Below, in pieces: positions 52,212 to 64,000 of a DNA stretch of 64,000 nucleotides (within the stretch, counting starts at the first letter, position 1; the number at the start of each line of letters is the position of its first letter). The position numbers and the translations under genes were made by a program. The notes under the pieces were generated by a model that saw nothing but the letters and a program-made list of their open reading frames with translations, was not told the origin of the DNA and ran no database searches. The stretch is taken from positions 992,001 to 1,056,000 of the forward strand of contig CM035351.1 of NCBI GenBank assembly GCA_020137815.1. The letters run 5' to 3'. This stretch comes from Hormiphora californensis. Lineage: Eukaryota > Animalia > Ctenophora.

Positions 52212-54762
52212 ATGTTGAACACTCTCACTGTCGCTCTGGTGGTTCTATCCTGCTGTAATGTGAACTTGGTGAGTCTATCAGTCAATGACCTCCTAATCTC
52301 TAAGAAAATTTCCCACTTTGACCTCCTGATCTCCAAGAAACTTTTTCACTTTGACCCACCTGATCTCTAAGAAACTTTCACACTTTGACCCACCTGATCT
52401 CTAAGAAACTTGTCCCCTTTGACCTCCTAATCTCTAAGAAAATTTCCCACTTTGACCTCCTGATCTCTAAGAAACTTTTTCACTTTGACCCACCTGATCT
52501 CTAAGAAACTTTCCCACGTTGACCCACCTGATCTCTAAGAAACTTTTACACTTTGACCCACCTGATCTCTAAGAAAATTTCCCACTTTGACCTCCTGATC
52601 TCTAAGAATCTTTTTCACTTTGACCCACCTGATCTCTGAGAAACTTTCACACTTTGACCCACCTGATCTATAAGAAACTTTCACACTTTGACCTACCTGA
52701 TCTCTAAGAAACTTTCCCACTTTGACCCTCATCTCTAAGAAACTTGTCCCCTTTGACCTCCTAATCTCTAAGAAAATTTCCCACTTTGACCTCCTGATCT
52801 CTAAGAAACTTTTTCACTTTGACCCACCTGATCTCTAAGAAACTTTTTCACTTTGACCTCCTAATCTCTAAGAAAATTTCCCACTTTGTCCCACCTGATC
52901 TCTTAGAAACTTTCACATATTGATCCACCTGATCTCTAAGAAACTTTCCCACTTTGACCCACCTGATCTCTAAGAAACTTCTCCCCTTTGACATCCTAAT
53001 CTCTAAGAAACTTTCACACTTTGACCCACCTGATCTCTAAGAAACTTTCCCACTTTGACCCACCTGATCTCTAAGAAACTTTTTCACTTTGACCTCCTAA
53101 TCTCTAAGAAAATTTCCCACTTTGACCTCCTGATCTCTAAGAAACTTTTTCACTTTGACCCACCTGATCTCTAAGAAACTTTCCCACCTTGACCCACCTG
53201 ATCTCTAAGAAACTTTTACACTTTGACCCACCTGATCTCTAAGAAACTTTCACACTTTGACCAACCTGATCTCTAAGAAACTTTCACACTTTGGCCCACC
53301 TGAGCTCTAAGAATATTTCACAATTTGACCCACCTGATCTCTAAGAAACTTTCACACTTTGACCCACCTGATCTATAAGAAACTTTCACACTTTGACCCA
53401 CCTGATCTCTAAGAAACTTTCCCACTTTGACCTACCTGATCTCTAAGAAACTTTTTCACTTTGACCCACCTGATCTCTAAGAAACTTTCACACTTTGACC
53501 CACCTGACCTCTAAGAAACTTTCACACTTTGACCCACCTAATCTCTAATAAACTTTCACACTTTGACCCACCTGATCTCTAATAAACTTTCCCACTTTGA
53601 CCCACCTGATCTCTAAGAAACTTTTTCACATTGACCCACCTGATCTCTAAGAAACTGGTCCCCTTTGACCTTTCACACTTTGACCCACCTGATCTCTAAG
53701 AAACTTTCCCACTTTGACCCACCTGATCTCTAAGAAATTCCCCATTATTTTATTTATGCTTCCATCCATGGTAACCACCCATGTTCACCATGCTAACCAC
53801 CCATGTTCACCATGGTAACCACCCATGTTCACCATGGTAACCACCCATTTCACCATGGTAACCACCCATGTTCACCATGGTAACCACCCATGTTCACCAT
53901 GGCAACCACCCATGTTCACCATGGTAACCACCCATTTCACCATGGTAACCACCCATGTTCACCCTCCATTTGTTCCAGGTATTGGGAGATGAACAGCTCA
54001 GCTATTTTGATAAAGAGGTAAGAGAGTTCGTTTTAGATGGTTTAATTTGGTCGAACAGATCGGATGCTCCTATTTTATAAATTTAATACCGCGTGCCGAT
54101 GTGTCGGTGGATTGTCATTATATCTAAAAAGGGGACAGAAGGTAGTATCTGAGCCTGTCAGGCCAATGCTCTGACCACAGTTCTCGCGCGAGAGAAATGA
54201 GAATAGGGTCAGGCCAATGCTCTGACAGATCTGAGCCCTTTAGTATCCCTTTCTCTCCATTAACCCCCTCAATCTTCCTAGAACGAGGCTCTGTCCATTG
54301 AAAAGCGACAACTAAGCTACTTTGACTCTGAGGACAGCGAAGGGGAGTTATCTGGAGCTAGAGAAAAGAGGCAAATGAGTTATTTTGATAATGAAGACGA
54401 GGATTTGGAACGAGAAAAAAGGCAGATGAGTTACTTTGATAAAGAGGATAATCTGGTACAAAAGAGAAACGCATTCAGGAAGAAACGACAGATGAGCTAT
54501 TTTGATAAGGTTCGTTTTGTATTATTTGCAGTACAATTGGAATCCTTCCTGCTACATATTACACAATCCCTCCACTTTGAACCCCTGGATCCTGCTATCC
54601 CCTTTGACCCGGTCAGTGACCAAGGCCCCCGCCCCTACCTCCATACCACCCCCAAAATAACACCCATTTTATCCACAGGAAGAAGACATTGAGTCCGGCA
54701 GTGACAAACGAAAAGAGAGAAGGAGGAAAATTGCAGCACTGAAGAAGGTTCACGGATACTGA
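52212..54762 (+). CDS. Putative neuropeptide/peptide-hormone precursor, 135 aa, with 5 x Q(L/M)SYFD; exons 52212-52268, 53979-54017, 54282-54509, 54679-54762
   Basis: All three introns are GT-AG and phase 0; hydrophobic N-terminus; repeated peptide preceded by KR with acidic spacers. Confidence 0.85.
52288..53740. repeat. 34-bp minisatellite (ttgacccacctgatctctaagaaactttcacact)n in intron 1 of the precursor gene
   Basis: Directly visible, ~40 units. Confidence 0.97.
53767..53963. repeat. 22-bp minisatellite (catggtaaccacccatgttcac)n
   Basis: Directly visible; ends ~15 nt before acceptor 53978. Confidence 0.95.
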
Positions 54763-55174
54763 TCACACGGAGAATGGCAGCAGAAAGAGATAGTATTTTG
54801 TGTGTGAGTGTGTGTTCTTTTTTGTGTGAGGTAAAAAAGAGTGGAATCAACAAAAGCAAAACTCTGAATATCTTTTTTGGCTGAACAATAACTGCTTTAG
54901 ATAATTATATTTCCATTTTTGAACAAACAAAATTCCCGGTGTTTTGTATAAACTCTGAGAGTGAAAGCCGGCATTCTTAGCAATCGATCATTTTATCAAT
55001 CGATCGGCAGATTGCATTTTCATCTGATCCAGATCCTGCAGGCTTTCACTCAGAAATAAAGAATCTATTCTGAGGGGCAGTTTTCGGGTTCACTCTGGTT
55101 CAATCTGATGGCTGGTGCATTTCTCTATACATTTGCAACAACATGTATAACTGCAGTGTACATTCAATGTACAC

Positions 55175-56263
55175 TGTAGGGGAGACTTGACCCATATGGT
55201 ACATTTGCCCAAATGGAATTTTTCGCCGGGGAGCCCAATATGCGATTTTCAATATTACTTCACCCCGGAATGTGATACAAATAGGCTCAGTACCATTTCC
55301 AGCCCATGTAACTACCCATTGGACAGTCAATGTAATTTTTGGCTGACGAAAAAAACCGAAACAAAAAAGTTAGAAATTTGGCCTGTCTAATACGATTTAT
55401 TTTGTGCACCCATGATTTCCGAACCAAAATCTATCGTACAGGAGTTGGACTTCAGACTTTGTCACATCACATCTCATCGATTTATTTTACATTAAACAGT
55501 TAACTTGATAGGAAATCACTAAAACCTGAAGATACCCAATTTTGGTTAAATGGCATAATTTTTTGTATCAATATGGAATATTCCATTTGACCAAAACTTA
55601 CTATACCATTTTGGCAAAGTTTTACGTATTGTGCGTAATTTGATTAAGTTCTCTGCTTTCCTGAGCATTAATGAACTTCGTTTTTAATTTTCAAAGTTTG
55701 GAAGTCGTTTTGATCACGCTAGCCGGCAGAAAAACGTTTCCTTACTACTCTTTCTGAGCCCGTGCGGCGGTGTTGGGTTTTTATGTTGTTTCAGTACAAC
55801 TCTGGCTGCTCCTGTTCTATAATTTATGATAACATATTTATTTAGGGTATGTTCACTATGTTTGGAACACTGAGCTTTCTCACAAACCACCTAAATTCGG
55901 ATTTTTTATTTAAGCCCCCGTAGGATATCCCATTTTGCCAAAATGGACTTTCCCATTTTGGCAAATAATCCTTTCCCGTATAACCAAATTGTATCCCATT
56001 TTGCCAAAATGGACTATCCCATTTAGCCAAAAAAATCCTATCCCGTATAACCTAATTTTTAAAACGCTGTTCATTTTTTTTCCCAAATGGGATACCAGCA
56101 TATCTCTACTAAGGGGTTATTTTAAGCTGTAAATGACACATTGGGGAAATAAAATGAACGATTTAATGACCATCTACCAAAAAATTTTAGGTATTAGACT
56201 AAATCGTTGAACAGGACACACCTAAACAAGATAGTGGTTCATATGGGTCAAGTCTCCCCTACA
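55175..56263. mobile_element. ~1.09-kb non-autonomous DNA transposon with 24-bp TIRs
   Basis: tgtaggggagacttgacccatatg (55175-55198) and catatgggtcaagtctcccctaca (56240-56263); internal ccattttgccaaaatgg repeats; no coding remnant seen. Confidence 0.8.
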
Positions 56264-56301
56264 TCGTGCAATGTACATTGTCTCTGCTGGTATGGTGAGT
56301 G

Positions 56302-57432
56302 CTAACGACTTGAGCCGCGCAACTTTCTACGGTTAATCTTCTTGGGCGGTGGCGCCGTTGTCACCGATCCGCTAGGCCTCTTCGATCCAGAACCACGAGG
56401 CGAATTATCCTCGCTTCGACTGTTGTAGTCCAGATTTATCTGTGACTCTATCTGAGGATGTTGGGTTGTGTTACGAATTGCGTCTACGGAGTATAAGTTA
56501 CAAATTGAGAAACAAATTTTAGATGACTGGACCAACAAGGTGAAATTGGGGGATGGGGTTCGCTGGAAATTGGAATTTGTTTTTACTCTGAAATGGGATC
56601 AGGTGATCTACCCTTGGCCTAGTGAAGGGTTAGATAGGGAATTCTTGGAAGTATCTTTTGGCGAGGGAATCCCATCTTCTCAGTTATTGTCAAACAATCT
56701 ATTGTCACGCTTTGAGAATCCCAACGGGGTCTAGCTCTACCACAGTGCTTCTACTACAGTGCTTCACCTACTAATTATACCGCTCTGTTCTCACCTGTAG
56801 ATCTAGTTTTCTGTTCTCATCCAGCAAGGCTAGAACCTCCGCTACTTCACTACTTTCTTCCCGTATCACATCCACCTTGATAGTCGATTCAGCGAGACTC
56901 TGAATTGAAAAAAAACAGGGATTACAGGCAGTCAAAACGATTTGTTTATTGTTTGTCGATTCCTACTGAGTACTGAAAGACGATACTATCAGAATTTGCT
57001 GATATAATGAGCCCTAATAAGGACATGTATGTGCTGATTTACCTCCAATCTCTCCAGAGTCTTGGCGAGCACGTCAACTTGTTTTGTTTTTGGACAAATC
57101 CCCAGATCTCTCTTTAACCGACAGTATTCGACCCTCAAACCATCACGTCTGGAATAACAAGAATTATCAAAACAATTAATTAACAATTGAACTGATTATA
57201 TCTGTTGAGTAACTCAACAAGATTATATATCAATATTCAATACCTGTTTCGTTCTATTAGCTTGTGTTGTTCCTTCTTGCCCTCATCGGGTACCCTGCAA
57301 GTGGAGAACAGATTCAGAGTTTGTTGAATTATTGATCCGGTATAATAGTCATTTGTCACACAAACCGAAAAGTAAAGGAAAAAAGACTTACTCATCAGAT
57401 GAAGAAAAATGATCCACGTCACTGGAATCCAT
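56302..57432 (-). CDS. Divergent bHLH protein (Myc/Max/Mxd-like); exons 57432-57392, 57294-57244, 57148-57043, 56899-56795; 3' exon(s) to 56302 uncertain
   Basis: Spliced in phase: MDSSDVDHFSSSDEVPDEGKKEQHKLIERNRRDGLRVEYCRLKRDLGICPKTKQVDVLAKTLERLESL, i.e. an H-x3-E-R-x-RR basic region plus HLH. Confidence 0.7.
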
Positions 57433-57906
57433 GATAAGCTGCTACAAATAGATCGTCAAATGGATGCTAAATCAAAAACAAAAAGTTTATAATTTAATAA
57501 GCTGCGAGAGGTATTTAATTCGACAAACTGCACTGATTGGACTTGTTGAGTACTCAATAAGATCTGACTGACTGCCCATATAATTGCGATTTCTATTGTA
57601 GCTGAGATTGGACATTTGTACTGTCAAGCCAATGCCCTTACTAGTTACTCAACAACTGACCGCGGTTCTCGCGAAATGAGAATAGGGTCAGGCCAAATGC
57701 CAATTAAATGGCCCAATACTCTGGCAGCATATGTCCACCGGGGACGTCAACAGTAAAACGTCAAACGAATACAAATGATACGCAATAACATGTACATCAA
57801 GCAAAAACATGTACAAGCAAAAACATGTACATCTAATAATACACAATGCATATCGTGTATTGTGTAATTCAGAACCCATATCTGAAGTCACGTGATGTAC
57901 ATTGTA

Positions 57907-58482
57907 TAGGGATCCCTAAAAAAGTTCAGTATTTACACAGAGTTTACACAGTCTTTACACAGTCGTTACACCCAGAGCGCCCGCGCCGCTCTGGGTGTAA
58001 AGACTGCGTCTTTCGCACTCGATTTGCAGCGTTTTCGGAAACTTTTTTCGCCGCAGCGCTCAATTTACTCAATTGTGCAGCACACAATCCAATATTTTCT
58101 TAGAAAAAGCCGCAAAACGCAGCACGCGCCGCTCTGGGTGTAATGACTGTGTAAAGACTGTGTAAACTCTGTGTAAATACTGAACTTTTTTAGGGATCCC
58201 TAAAAAAGTTCAGTATTTACACAGAGTTTACACAGTCTTTACACAGTCGTTACACCCAGAGCGCCCGCGCCGCTCTGGGTGTAAAGACTGCGTCTTTCGC
58301 ACTCGATTTGCAGCGTTTTCGGAAACTTTTTTCGCCGCAGCGCTCAATTTACTCAATTGTGCAGCACACAATCCAATATTTTCTTAGAAAAAGCCGCAAA
58401 ACGCAGCACGCGCCGCTCTGGGTGTAATGACTGTGTAAAGACTGTGTAAACTCTGTGTAAATACTGAACTTTTTTAGGGATC
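57907..58482. mobile_element. Tandem dimer of the gggatccc-ended ~290-bp MITE
   Basis: Two essentially identical units sharing the tagggatcccta junction at ~58191-58202; same family as 19656-19953. Confidence 0.9.
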
Positions 58483-59453
58483 ACCGTCCTCCGCAAGACA
58501 CTGATTTTAATTTTTTTTGGATCGATAGCCCTAACCGATAACCCCAAACCAAACCCTAACCAGACCCTAACGGATAGCCCTAACCCGTCGCGCGCGCTAA
58601 AACTACGAATTGTTAGCAATGAAAGGCACCCAGATTTTAACGTTTTCCCTCAGAAACGGTCTCTGTTATCTTGGCTCTCGTGCTACCTCTTCTTGACTAA
58701 TGACTTGTATTGCTCAACATGGCCCAAAATCTTAAACTATGATATTAAAATGATTATTCCTTCTCAAATGATCAACTGGGCCGAAAGGCGAAATCGGAAA
58801 TGGCCTCTACACCGCCAAAATTTCACCTTAATGCCCATGTTGTCTCCACTCACCCATACCCAATACCTAGTTGCCATCCAGTGTTTTTCCTCTTCATTAT
58901 TTTCACTCAGCACTTTGATACCAGTCAGTGACTGGCAGTGACTGGCAGTCACTGGGGAAGTGTGGAATGTCCATTATGAATCCCAAGCGGCAAGTTTGCA
59001 GTACTCTTTTGTACTCTTATGTAGATCTTAACTCTGTAGATGGTCTGCATTCCGTAATGCTGTTTAAGCTTAGCTAGATTGCACGGTGCACCTAGTATCA
59101 TTGTAATTTTATAATCTTGTAATCATTATGGAACAGTGGCACTGATTCTAATTTCTATCGTTATCAGTGCAATGCCGTGGTCCTTCTGCCTTTATTAGCC
59201 GGGCGTTGTATTTAGGAAATAGCATGTTCTTACTTCAGTAGGCAACTCATTGTTACTGCTTTACCAATTCCCTCTCGGTAATGTACAAAGATATACCAAT
59301 AGAGGTATTACACCTAATAATATCAGATTTAGACGGTGCTGATACTGTGCCACACCGACAGAGCACTCCTAGTTATTCTGACAGCCCACCTACATATCTT
59401 CGCCAGGCCATAAAATGACTTTCACATAAGTTGACATGGCAAAGAGTTTAAAA

Positions 59454-60047
59454 ATGCTACGAATTCGACTTGCACTAACAGGACTTATCCTGTTACTAAG
59501 TAAGTACAATCCAAAGAATTCCTGTCATCTTACCGACATAGTACCATTACCCGTCACCTTGTACCCTCCTCCTCCTCCTCAGACAATCTTTGTTTCGCGA
59601 ACACAGCAGAGTTCAAAATAACTCCCTACTATCGCTCCTTCTACGGGTTCAATGAAGACTACGTGGACGCCTTCGACACTGAGTCAGACACCATCTTCTA
59701 CCGTATCGATGGAGGTATGTGCTCCTTCATAAAGAGAGTCGATCAAGTGGAGGTCGGGAGTCTGCTTGGTGACAGCATACACAAGCTTCATGCTTTTAAC
59801 ACTGTGTCTCAACCCTCTTCTCTCTTCATAATACAGCAGCTGAAGAAAGATTCGTACAAGTCTTTCTCTCTCTGTCAAATCACACATTTCACCACTTTCC
59901 CTCCGATCTAACACATAACATGGAAGCGATCTAACACGTGTGCTCTAATCCCACAGGGGTACAGGTGCTGTGTAATGCAACGACCTTCAAATCAGATGGA
60001 ACCCTTGATGTCCTTATTGTGCACTGGTTCGAGAAAGTGGATGATAA
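59454..60047 (+). CDS. 5' exons of a secreted or cell-surface protein, possibly Ig-like (59454-59499, 59583-59714, 59957-60047); continuation not traced
   Basis: Phase-consistent splicing gives MLRIRLALTGLILLLNNLCFA-NTAEFKITPYYRSFYGFNEDYVDAFDTESDTIFYRIDGGVQVLCNATTFKSDGTLDVLIVHWFEKVDD (signal peptide; C...W spacing). Confidence 0.6.
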
Positions 60048-62083
60048 GTAAGTAATCCCCCCCCCCAATGAATTGTGTATTTAGTCGTGATCAGATGTTG
60101 GACGTCCATAACATCGATCCGTCAGATAGGTCTTCAGTCTTGGTTTTTTCATCCTGGAAGGTCGCAAGGTGTTTTTAATGATGTAATAATATTTGAGACA
60201 ATTGTGTCACACAATGAGTTGTGAGGGGAAGTACACCTCTCATAATTTTGTATTGACCAGCTCCTGCATAGGTGCACTGTAATTCCTGACAGATGTTGTA
60301 TAACATGTGTACTACAACTTGAATCTACTTGCCTGGTACAGTAGTAGACGTTGCGGCGGCTCCAAGATAGTACTTTCTCTCTCTCCCTCTTTCTCTCTTT
60401 CTCTCCCTCTCTTTCCCATGTGTCCCAGTGTCTGCTTTCTATCTCTCTCGAATTGACTAGAGAGTGTTAATAGACTCACTTTCCCTCATCTCTTTCTCAC
60501 TCACTCCCTCTCTCCGTCGTTGGAACTGGCCTGGAAGTGCAGCACGCTGTGACAGAGAGTGTATAAAAGTAGATGACCGAATTAGTAGTAGGGAAGCTAA
60601 TTTTTCAAAAAGAGAAGGGAGTGGGCGACAATGTGTCCGTTGTAATCGTGCAATGGTCCCCCAATTAGACCCTACTAACTGTGTTAATCAAGTCAGCAGC
60701 TTTTTACCGCGATCTATTCTGAGATGATTAGCGGGGAAATAAAAGTAAAATTGGGAGAATAAAGACAGACAGACAGACAATGCCGCGGCTTTTTGTCAAA
60801 AGTCTTCGTTTCAATTAACATGATGTTCACAGGACACAAGTTTACAGGATACAAGCTACTGTTGCCGGTGACACCTCAATGATACTACTCTTGACAAAAC
60901 ACACTCCCTTTTCATCACCCCTTCTTCTCCACCAAAAAGCTCACACAAACAGCTTGTCGTATAACATTCTCTATCTTTCTCTATCTTTCTCTTCCTCTCT
61001 TGTTTCCCTCTTTTCTCTGTTTTAACTCGTCATCGGCAATCGTTTGGTTTAAAAAAGATTCCCAGAAGCCGTGCGGCACACCTGTTATCTTGTGAGAGTT
61101 TTTCAAATGACATTACTGCAAGCATTATCAGTTGGAACATTCCCCCCAGCTCTCCTCTCCGTAGGTACGAGCGATTACCCGAACAACCAAACGAGCAAGG
61201 TTCAGGGATCTGGGATCCAGGCAACAAAACACTCTTGATATCACGGGATTTGTGTGATAGGGACCTCAGAGGAAGACAATTCGCGTGTAGGACGTCAGAA
61301 AACGGTTACGAGCAGTATTCAACGGCTAAGACTCTCAAACTTTCTCGTAAGTTTTCTATTTTTGCAGTTTCATAGGATAGATTAGTATCATGATTTGAGA
61401 ATTTTTAGTGCCAGGAAACTTATTTTGGTCACCCAAAGTCAGGGTAATTCGCCCTCGCTCCAATCCTGCATAAAACATGGACCATGCTTCAATGCACCCT
61501 CCTTATCTTGTTATGATTAATATATTGTTTACAGGACATGATTATTTCGTGATATTTCATGCAAAAAGGTCCCTATAATATTTCTAACTCACTTTCTCTC
61601 CAATTCTGGCCGTCTCTCTAACACATAGCCTCACAAGTGCGATATTATCAGTCTGGGGATCTGTTTTCACACCTTTTTCTTACGGCAAAAGCGCCCTGGA
61701 GAGTCTGAGAAAGGAGAGAGAGACATGAAAGTGAGAGTGTAAGAGAGATAGAAAGTGAGAGAAAGATAGAGTGAGAGTGTGAGAGACATAAAGAGAGAAC
61801 GTTAACTAGAATTGTTGTGAGAGAAAGAAGGTGATCTTTGTGAGCCTGTGTGTTTGTGTGGGTGTGTAATTAGAACACATCGCGTAACATGATAACAAAA
61901 ACTTGAGACAGGCCTCGCCCCCCCCCCCCACCACGATATTCCCCCTCTGTAACAGGGCTGTCTATCTTTCCGGGGCAGGAGGCGCTACTGCAGCAGCAGG
62001 ATTGGTAAAATAAGAATTAGAACACACCCTGCTTCCAACTTGATAGAGATTCATCCTGTCATCTTCCCTCATCACACCTTTAA

Positions 62084-62225
62084 TGTAGCTCTCTCTTCAG
62101 CAATCACTTTATGTAGCTCTCTCTTCAGCAATCACACCTTTGTAGCTCTCTCTTCTGCAATCACACACTTTGTAGCTCTCTCTTCAGCAATCACTTTATG
62201 TAGCTCTCTCACTTCAGCAATCACT
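62084..62225. repeat. ~28-30-bp tandem repeat (tgtagctctctcttcagcaatcac...)
   Basis: Five visible units. Confidence 0.85.
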
Positions 62226-62975
62226 CGCAATCACCCCTACAGCAACAAGCCTTCTTTCTAACTCAAATGATTCATTTCATTAGTCCACGTGTAGGTGACT
62301 CTCGTATAAGGATAACCGATATCGTTCCATTCTTATTTTATAAATCGGTTTCATATGTAGCGAAATGTCTCCCAGGAATTAGGACAGATCGGTGAAGTCT
62401 GGTTCAAAGAGACATCTCATAATAAAACATGCTATCAACATCCATGCTCACCGCAACTTTTTTGGAGTTTCGGTGCGACCTGTGTTGTGAGCCTTATCAC
62501 CGGAGAGGGAACATTGCGTGTCATATGTCAGAGGAAATAGGCACCATCCGGTCTCTCTCCCCCTCTCTCTCTTTCTCTCACACACTCTCTCTCTCTCTCT
62601 CTCTCCCTCTCTCTCACTCACCCAATTTCACTATCTCTCAATCTCCCTCACATGACACTACTTGCAAGAAAAAAAAAACACAAAATTACGAGTCCTTGCA
62701 CCAGATCCACTCCCAATACCGCCCCAGAGACACCTTGAAATTATGCAATATCTCACTCCATCCATCTCCCTCTCTCCCTATCTATCTCTCCCTCTCTCTC
62801 CCTATCTATCTCTCCCTATCTATCCCTGTGGCTTCATCATAATCAATATGTAGCCACCGGAGCTGTACTTTGTCGCGACTAATAGTTCACGCTTTCTTCT
62901 GGCTTGAGGGGAGATCTAGACACTCTCTCATCTCTGACCCACCTCCCGATCGATCTTTCTCTTCTTGTCATCGCC

Positions 62976-63071
<96 letters not shown>

Positions 63072-63734
63072 CTCTGTCATCGTTTGATCGGAGAAATATA
63101 AATTTAGCCTCATCCCCTCCCCTCTCTCTGTGTTGTAGTACTGCAATGCTAAGTGGGTTTAGGAACCTTAAAGGATTCACATGTTAGTCTTAGTACTACG
63201 CCTTTACAGCACTATAGGAAATGAACAATGTATAATTATGATATACGACTATTGCAGGGGGTATTATTAGGTGATGTAGGAACAGAGCCAAATCAAGGCT
63301 GAATAAGAGTAGTGAGTAGGTCCCTGTATCAGATATATTATATCATTGATAATATCAAGAGATGAGATGAATATTGATCTTCATCTGCAACCATCACCAA
63401 AATATAATGTTTCCATTGACAGTTAACCCCTAATCAATCCTACTAAATACTACGAGAGACACATTGATTAACACGTGTATAATATGTCCAACACAGTGCG
63501 AGTCTGGTGCTACCGAAAACGCTGAAAAAGCTTTTCCCACCGCTTGTTTCTTATCTCTCTCCGACCCTCTCTCCATATGACTGAGTTGTGTGTGTGTGTG
63601 TGTTGAAAAATATAAGGGGGGTTTGAATTTCTCTCTGACACGGATGTGAGTGTCTGTGACACGTGTAATCGATCACGTGACACGTCTTGACATCTCCCTA
63701 GCAACTATCTCACCGAAATCACATGAATCACGTG

Positions 63735-63786
<52 letters not shown>

Positions 63787-64000
63787 CTCTCTCTCCCTCT
63801 TCTCTCCTCTCTCTCTCTCTCTCTTCTCTCCTCTCTCTCTTCCCCTCTCTCTCTCTCTCTCTCCTCTCTATCTCTCTCTCTCCCATGTCTCTCCCATCTC
63901 TCTCTTTCTCGACTACTGGGACAGTAATTCGGTAGGCAAGGGAGATAAGACCATGTCCTGCCAACCCTCTCTCCTCTCGTGAGGGTGAATACCGTCTGTT

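Noticed and set aside
52288-53740. Regular 34-bp repeats resembling a CRISPR array (also the 35-bp array at 31690-32200)
   Set aside because: Head-to-tail units with no unique spacers, no cas genes, eukaryotic context.
60400-64000. Short ORFs in the last 3.6 kb
   Set aside because: No recognisable motifs or phase-consistent exon chain found by eye; left uncalled.

Overview
Eukaryotic (animal) genomic DNA with short GT-AG introns, many (AG)n/(CT)n microsatellites and several intronless or nested genes. The style is compatible with a ctenophore-like compact genome, but that is inference. From 1 to 31 kb lies a co-oriented gene run: GATAD2/p66, SPATA24-like, two NUDT9 paralogs, WIPI2/ATG18, CCS, TMEM242-like and DHODH. 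About 10.6 kb of it (~4.8-15.4 kb) recurs at ~17.8-28.6 kb after an N-gap and a ~320-bp satellite. The second copy is riddled with indels and is probably an uncollapsed, error-rich haplotype. Next come MITEs, a LINE fragment, a UBZ/RGG gene, GPATCH4 and a BTB-BACK gene. Introns of the BTB gene hold a 4-kb non-autonomous Polinton/Maverick (~400-bp TIRs, 6-bp TSD) and an antisense cathepsin-L/ShKT gene. The main find is a four-exon gene (52212-54762), largely missed by the ORF track. It encodes a 135-aa signal-peptide precursor with five Q(L/M)SYFD repeats, four of them preceded by KR, and is a candidate new neuropeptide/peptide-hormone precursor. A divergent bHLH gene and the start of a secreted Ig-like gene follow. 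All calls come from reading the sequence by eye; no searches were run.
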